Source of the DNA: Macrostomum hystrix
Taxonomy: Eukaryota; Animalia; Platyhelminthes
NCBI GenBank assembly: GCA_950097015.1
Contig: CATNEN010000030.1
Coordinates: 372,001-436,000, forward strand
Reading direction: 5' to 3'
Length of the DNA: 64,000 bases
In this document: piece after piece, positions 59,621 through 64,000 of the stretch
Layout of the letters: each line of letters starts with the position of its first letter
Numbering within the stretch: position 1 is the stretch's first letter
Position numbers and translations under genes: made by a program
The notes under the pieces: model-generated
What the model saw: only the letters and a program-made list of their open reading frames with translations
The model's database searches: none
Told to the model about the DNA's origin: nothing

Positions 59621-62600
59621 GTATATTATATATTATAATTATACATTATAACCTTTTCGGGTGAAAAATAATTGATCAGCAGAATCAAGACCTTTTGGAA
59701 AATGAAGTCCAAGTGGCTGGCAGTCGTGCATGAAATCGTCATTTGTGATAGCAACACTGCCTCAATGCCTAAACAACTGTAATCTTTCCTCTGAATGAAG
59801 GAAAATACCTTAAAAAAATCAGAGGTATCACAAGACGCACTAACTAGCTTCCTCAGGTTACCTCATACTGGATGTTATTCTCTAGTCGACTGTTCCTCTG
59901 ATTAACCAGGTGGACCAGCTATCACTGTGGATGTCTGATCGACAGTACGGGGCGTATGTGGCCGTGACGTGTGCCGTGCCACATGCATTTGTTCAACCTG
60001 ATACTGCATGGTCACATCTTGGAATGAAAACGTAAACATTTGTTCGAGTGTGCAACTAGAAGCCAATACTAACAGGGGCCAATGCAACTGCTTTATCTAC
60101 GAACTATAAGCGTATGTAGCATTGTTAGAACTAATTGTTTCGAAAGAGAACATTTGACTATTTTCAATAGCTTTGTATAGCAGCTCAAACTAGCAGCTCA
60201 AACTAGCAGCTCAAACTACAATGGTCACTTGATAAACAAAGCAAAAAAACATAACTTATCGAAATCAAAATAGAATTTGGCGGTTAAAATTATTAAACAA
60301 TGTAAAGCTTAAAAATCTAAATTTGCCATGATAGATACTAGGATGCTTCGAACTTATGAAAGTAATCAAGTGGAAATTTGAGCTTGCTGAGTGTAATAGT
60401 GTCTTCATTCCTGAGCATTTGAAAGCTACGATGTTCATTCTTATATTCGTATGTCACTCTGCATATCATAGTTCAGAGATTGTAAGGTTAATGCTTGCTC
60501 ATGAGCAAAATAAAGCGAGCAACAGGAAAGTTCTCATTAATCTTTCTTGTTAGGAGATGTACAAAGTGGATAAAAACGACTAATTGGCTGCCATGCCAGG
60601 CAATTGCAGACTTATTCAAGTCCCTCTGCGCGCACGCGATGCAGGAAAGCAAGGCCGCGCTTAGGGGCAACAGAGGTGGTTCCCAGTTCCAGCTCACTGG
60701 ATGCGCTTAACCCATGCACCTCATTTTCGCATAACTTCTCCTCTTTACTGTCTGTTATAGAAAATTTGGAATTTAAGAGATCAGTTTTGGCTTGATCCCA
60801 TGCTCGCAAACCCTGCTAGTGTAGGGAGAAACAGTTGAGCTATCCGTGAGCCTCATTTGGGCTGAATCTAAGCGATGCACTCGTTAATGAGCGGAGGGCC
60901 GAGTGCAGCGTATGTTTACCAGAAATCTATTATTTACGTTGCCTGCTGGAAGCTAAAAAAGCGATTCTGCAAAGGAGCTGGTCGCGAAAATGGAGAAAAA
61001 TATGTGACAGGGACTCTGCAGGCAGGAAAACAGAATCTAGAATGCTTGATGGGAGCCCAATGAGTCTCTCAAGCTGTGAGGTGGGTCCGAATTCTTCACA
61101 ACGCCATTCGTGCAGTGGCCGCCGCGAATTTTTTTAGTCGTTGAACCATGAGAGAGATCTGGTGCAACTGCATGTGGATTTGTGGGTGAGGGTTGACCAA
61201 CTTGGATTGGGGAGTTTTTGGGTCACAGTTTGAAGTGAGTAAACAATTCCAGCCGGCTCCGGTGGGAAAGAAGGCCTGCTGCTGCAGTTTTTCGCCTGTT
61301 ATTCTCATTTAAGATCCTAAAGGCAGCTCCCTGCCAGCTAGAACTGAGCGCAAGTCAAGGCGGTGGGGCCGAAATTTCTAAAAATTAGCGTCATTTGGCT
61401 GGCGTAGAGTGGGAAAACCTCCGCATACATGCCATGAGATGTGCATTTTATAAATTAGTATTTGCTTGTTTTTGCAAGGAAACCTGCATCCCGTTTAAAC
61501 CTTTGGCGAAGCAAACTACATCCATATAATTTTTATAGCAGATTATATACATTGGAGAAAGATCATGGGAGCCCTTGATTCACGCGGCAACGTGCCAACT
61601 ATAAGCTACAACAATGCATTTGAATTTGACTGATCGGTTTAAACTAAGCCAAAAAATTTAATTGCAGCACACATACATTACCCTCACGGTAATATTGTAG
61701 AATGTAGACGATAAATTTCGATTTAACTCTAATTTTAATATGCACGATATGTCAATGTCACCCGACTCTGTCAATAAAAACTTAATCAACATAAAAATGT
61801 GCGTAATACATCGTAGCTCCGCGCCAACGACAAGTGGCCAATTGGAGGGGGCGTCGAATTGCGCGCTTGAGCTACAGTTCCCGAATGTGCTTCACGCCGC
61901 GACTTCGTCGCAGCTTATACATAGAAAATATGTCGATTAAAACGTCAAGAGCGAAATAAAACGTCGAGAGCGACCCTTTCTGTATACCTGCGGAGGTCTA
62001 CAGCAAGACGTCTTGCAGCGGCTCCGGACAGTTAGGCTTCGGTCCTGATGACATGCCGTCCAACAGCAAGAGTCACTCGTTTAGGACAGTAGGCTGCAAG
62101 TTACTCGCACACGAAGTCGCGCCCATTATATTGTTGCCAGGCACAGAATTTTTTTCATTTTAGTTCTGCGCTGATAATGTAAAGCTCTAGAAGGGCGAAG
62201 AGCGCTGCGTCGAGCTGTCCCTCCAGCGCCCCGGCCAGCGTCCAGATCTCAGCGTTGTAAAATTGCGCGATTTTTACAAAGTTCCGCCTATTCGACTAGC
62301 CAAATATCGTGGTATTTGGCGTGGTATAAATATCGTGGTATAACAAAATATATCAACCACATGAGTTGTTTTTTCCAAAGCCAAAGCGTTTACTGAATAT
62401 TATTTACAATAAATGTGTTTATAATGCAAAAATATATAAAACTAATCTAAATCAACTTATTATGGCTAAAAATATGAACTGGCATGAATCCTTATTTTTA
62501 CTTGAAATTAACTTTATTTTTATTTTCACAGCTTTAAATCTTCTTGTATAAACTGATACAATACAAGAACGAGTTTGTCGGTTTCTTGCGCGATGAAAAA

Positions 62601-64000
62601 ACAAAGAAAAAAAATTGTTTGTTAATTAATAAAATGAAAAATTTATATTTTTTTACTTCTCCTGTACACAACATGACATCAAATACTGAAATAGGATACT
62701 TTCATGTCTTTCTCTGTCAGTAAGCCTAGCGTCATATGCTTTATACAATCCATGCCTTTATATCTTATGTCTATGCCTATGTCTATAGAAGTTCTATGTA
62801 ACAAAGAAAATGAAGGCTCAAAGTTTCATAACTCGGTTAGTGTTATTGACTAGGCCTATGCCTATTTTATTCCACACCTCATCCAAGAAATTTTCAACAT
62901 GTTCAGAATAGTTTGTGCTCTTTCATTCGTTTTTTGCAAATGGATTAATATATTAATAATAAAGCTATGTCCGTGTTGTCCATGGATGCACTACAGATTG
63001 CTCAATCTCGGACTGATTGTGTCCGATGCTCCACAGAGTGAAAATAGTAGGGCCTATGCAAGCATGGTGCTGTCCCTCTTTTGAGTGGATGTCTAACATT
63101 TTTGCACAATCTTCGGATGCTTCAAATGCACAAGTTGACAAATGCTTGGCTAAGCTGGCTTGCATCTAAAGCTTAAAATTTACTGGCTTTGGTGATGCTT
63201 GCATGAGCATAGTTCTCATGTTGAGCCCATAGACATGCTCAAGCATTTCTATAGGCATCGTTGCATAAACTTGATGCAGAAAGAGTACAAAGCAAAACTT
63301 TCTTCATTGAAAGCCTTCAAAATGTCATCTTCTGTAAGTAGTACCTTGGGGGAACTATACTAAATGGCTCATAATTTTGAATGCAAGGAGACTGGCAAAA
63401 AATATTGCATAGATTAATAGATATAAGATATATAAATCCACTTTAAGAAAAGTTAAGGAAATTAATGTACCTGAATCCAACTATGAGCTACATTGAAAAT
63501 TCCTACCACTTTTTGGACATCCCTCATATTGACTATTGACATTGAATAGTCACATGAAAAAGTTAATTTATGCAAATATGAAGTATTACATTCCATGATG
63601 GATTGCTTGAGGCATTCAATAGACACATTTCTTTGAACTGATTATAGGTCAGTATTTTTTATATATTTTGTGCATAATTACATTATTATATATCAATTAT
63701 ATGCACATGCTGAAGCACTGTACAGTGGGCTTGTGTATTGCTATGCATGCCATTGCCAACCCTCCTGCATGACAGACCATGCCACGCAATTGTTTCTGTT
63801 TGCCAAATTTTCAAATGCACACCAGAAAATTCTGGACATGCACTAGATGATCTGGACTATAGGACCAAATGGCCATAGTGATATCACTTTTGCAAATAGA
63901 AAACTATTTTAGATGCTTCTCCAGGTCAATGTAAACACCAAAATAACTGCAATAAACTGAAATGGAGTAGGCCTACAAGAGACTAAAGTGGGACTGAAGC

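Noticed and set aside
62045-62051. CTGATGA hammerhead core
   Set aside because: No stem II followed by GAAA downstream.
62899-63400. Possible decayed coding or transposon sequence near the window end
   Set aside because: Fragmented frames with stops and no identifiable family motif.

Overview
Intron-containing animal genomic DNA, not prokaryotic, with no CRISPR array, rRNA or true tRNA gene. Roughly 40% of the window is locus-specific mini/microsatellite. That repeat landscape and the gene set resemble a flatworm such as Macrostomum lignano (inference only). Four protein-coding genes are supported: a DEG/ENaC channel (minus, 4952-7827, with a +1 frameshift exactly at the GxS filter), an ABHD14-like alpha/beta hydrolase (plus, 11132-18122), a tyramine/octopamine-type amine GPCR (minus, 24296-33095) and an FMRFamide/peptide-type orphan GPCR (plus, main exon 49495-50698). 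Mobile DNA includes a solo LTR with a 5-bp TSD next to the ENaC stop codon and several tRNA-derived SINEs. There are three notable signals. (1) Two 39-nt minimal type I hammerhead ribozymes with compensatory changes, each embedded in (TCTA)n and followed by a shared motif, suggesting a microsatellite-targeting Penelope-like/retrozyme element. (2) Many TA-CGAG-TA / TA-CTCG-TA / TA-CG-CTCG-TA words that look like excision footprints of a TA-targeting DNA transposon; three are directly visible as insertions. (3) A chimeric unit of SINE + antisense receptor exon + SINE tail that looks like a retroposed read-through transcript. Nearly all long ORFs in the supplied track are artefacts of tandem repeats. 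All coordinates, alignments and counts were read by eye.
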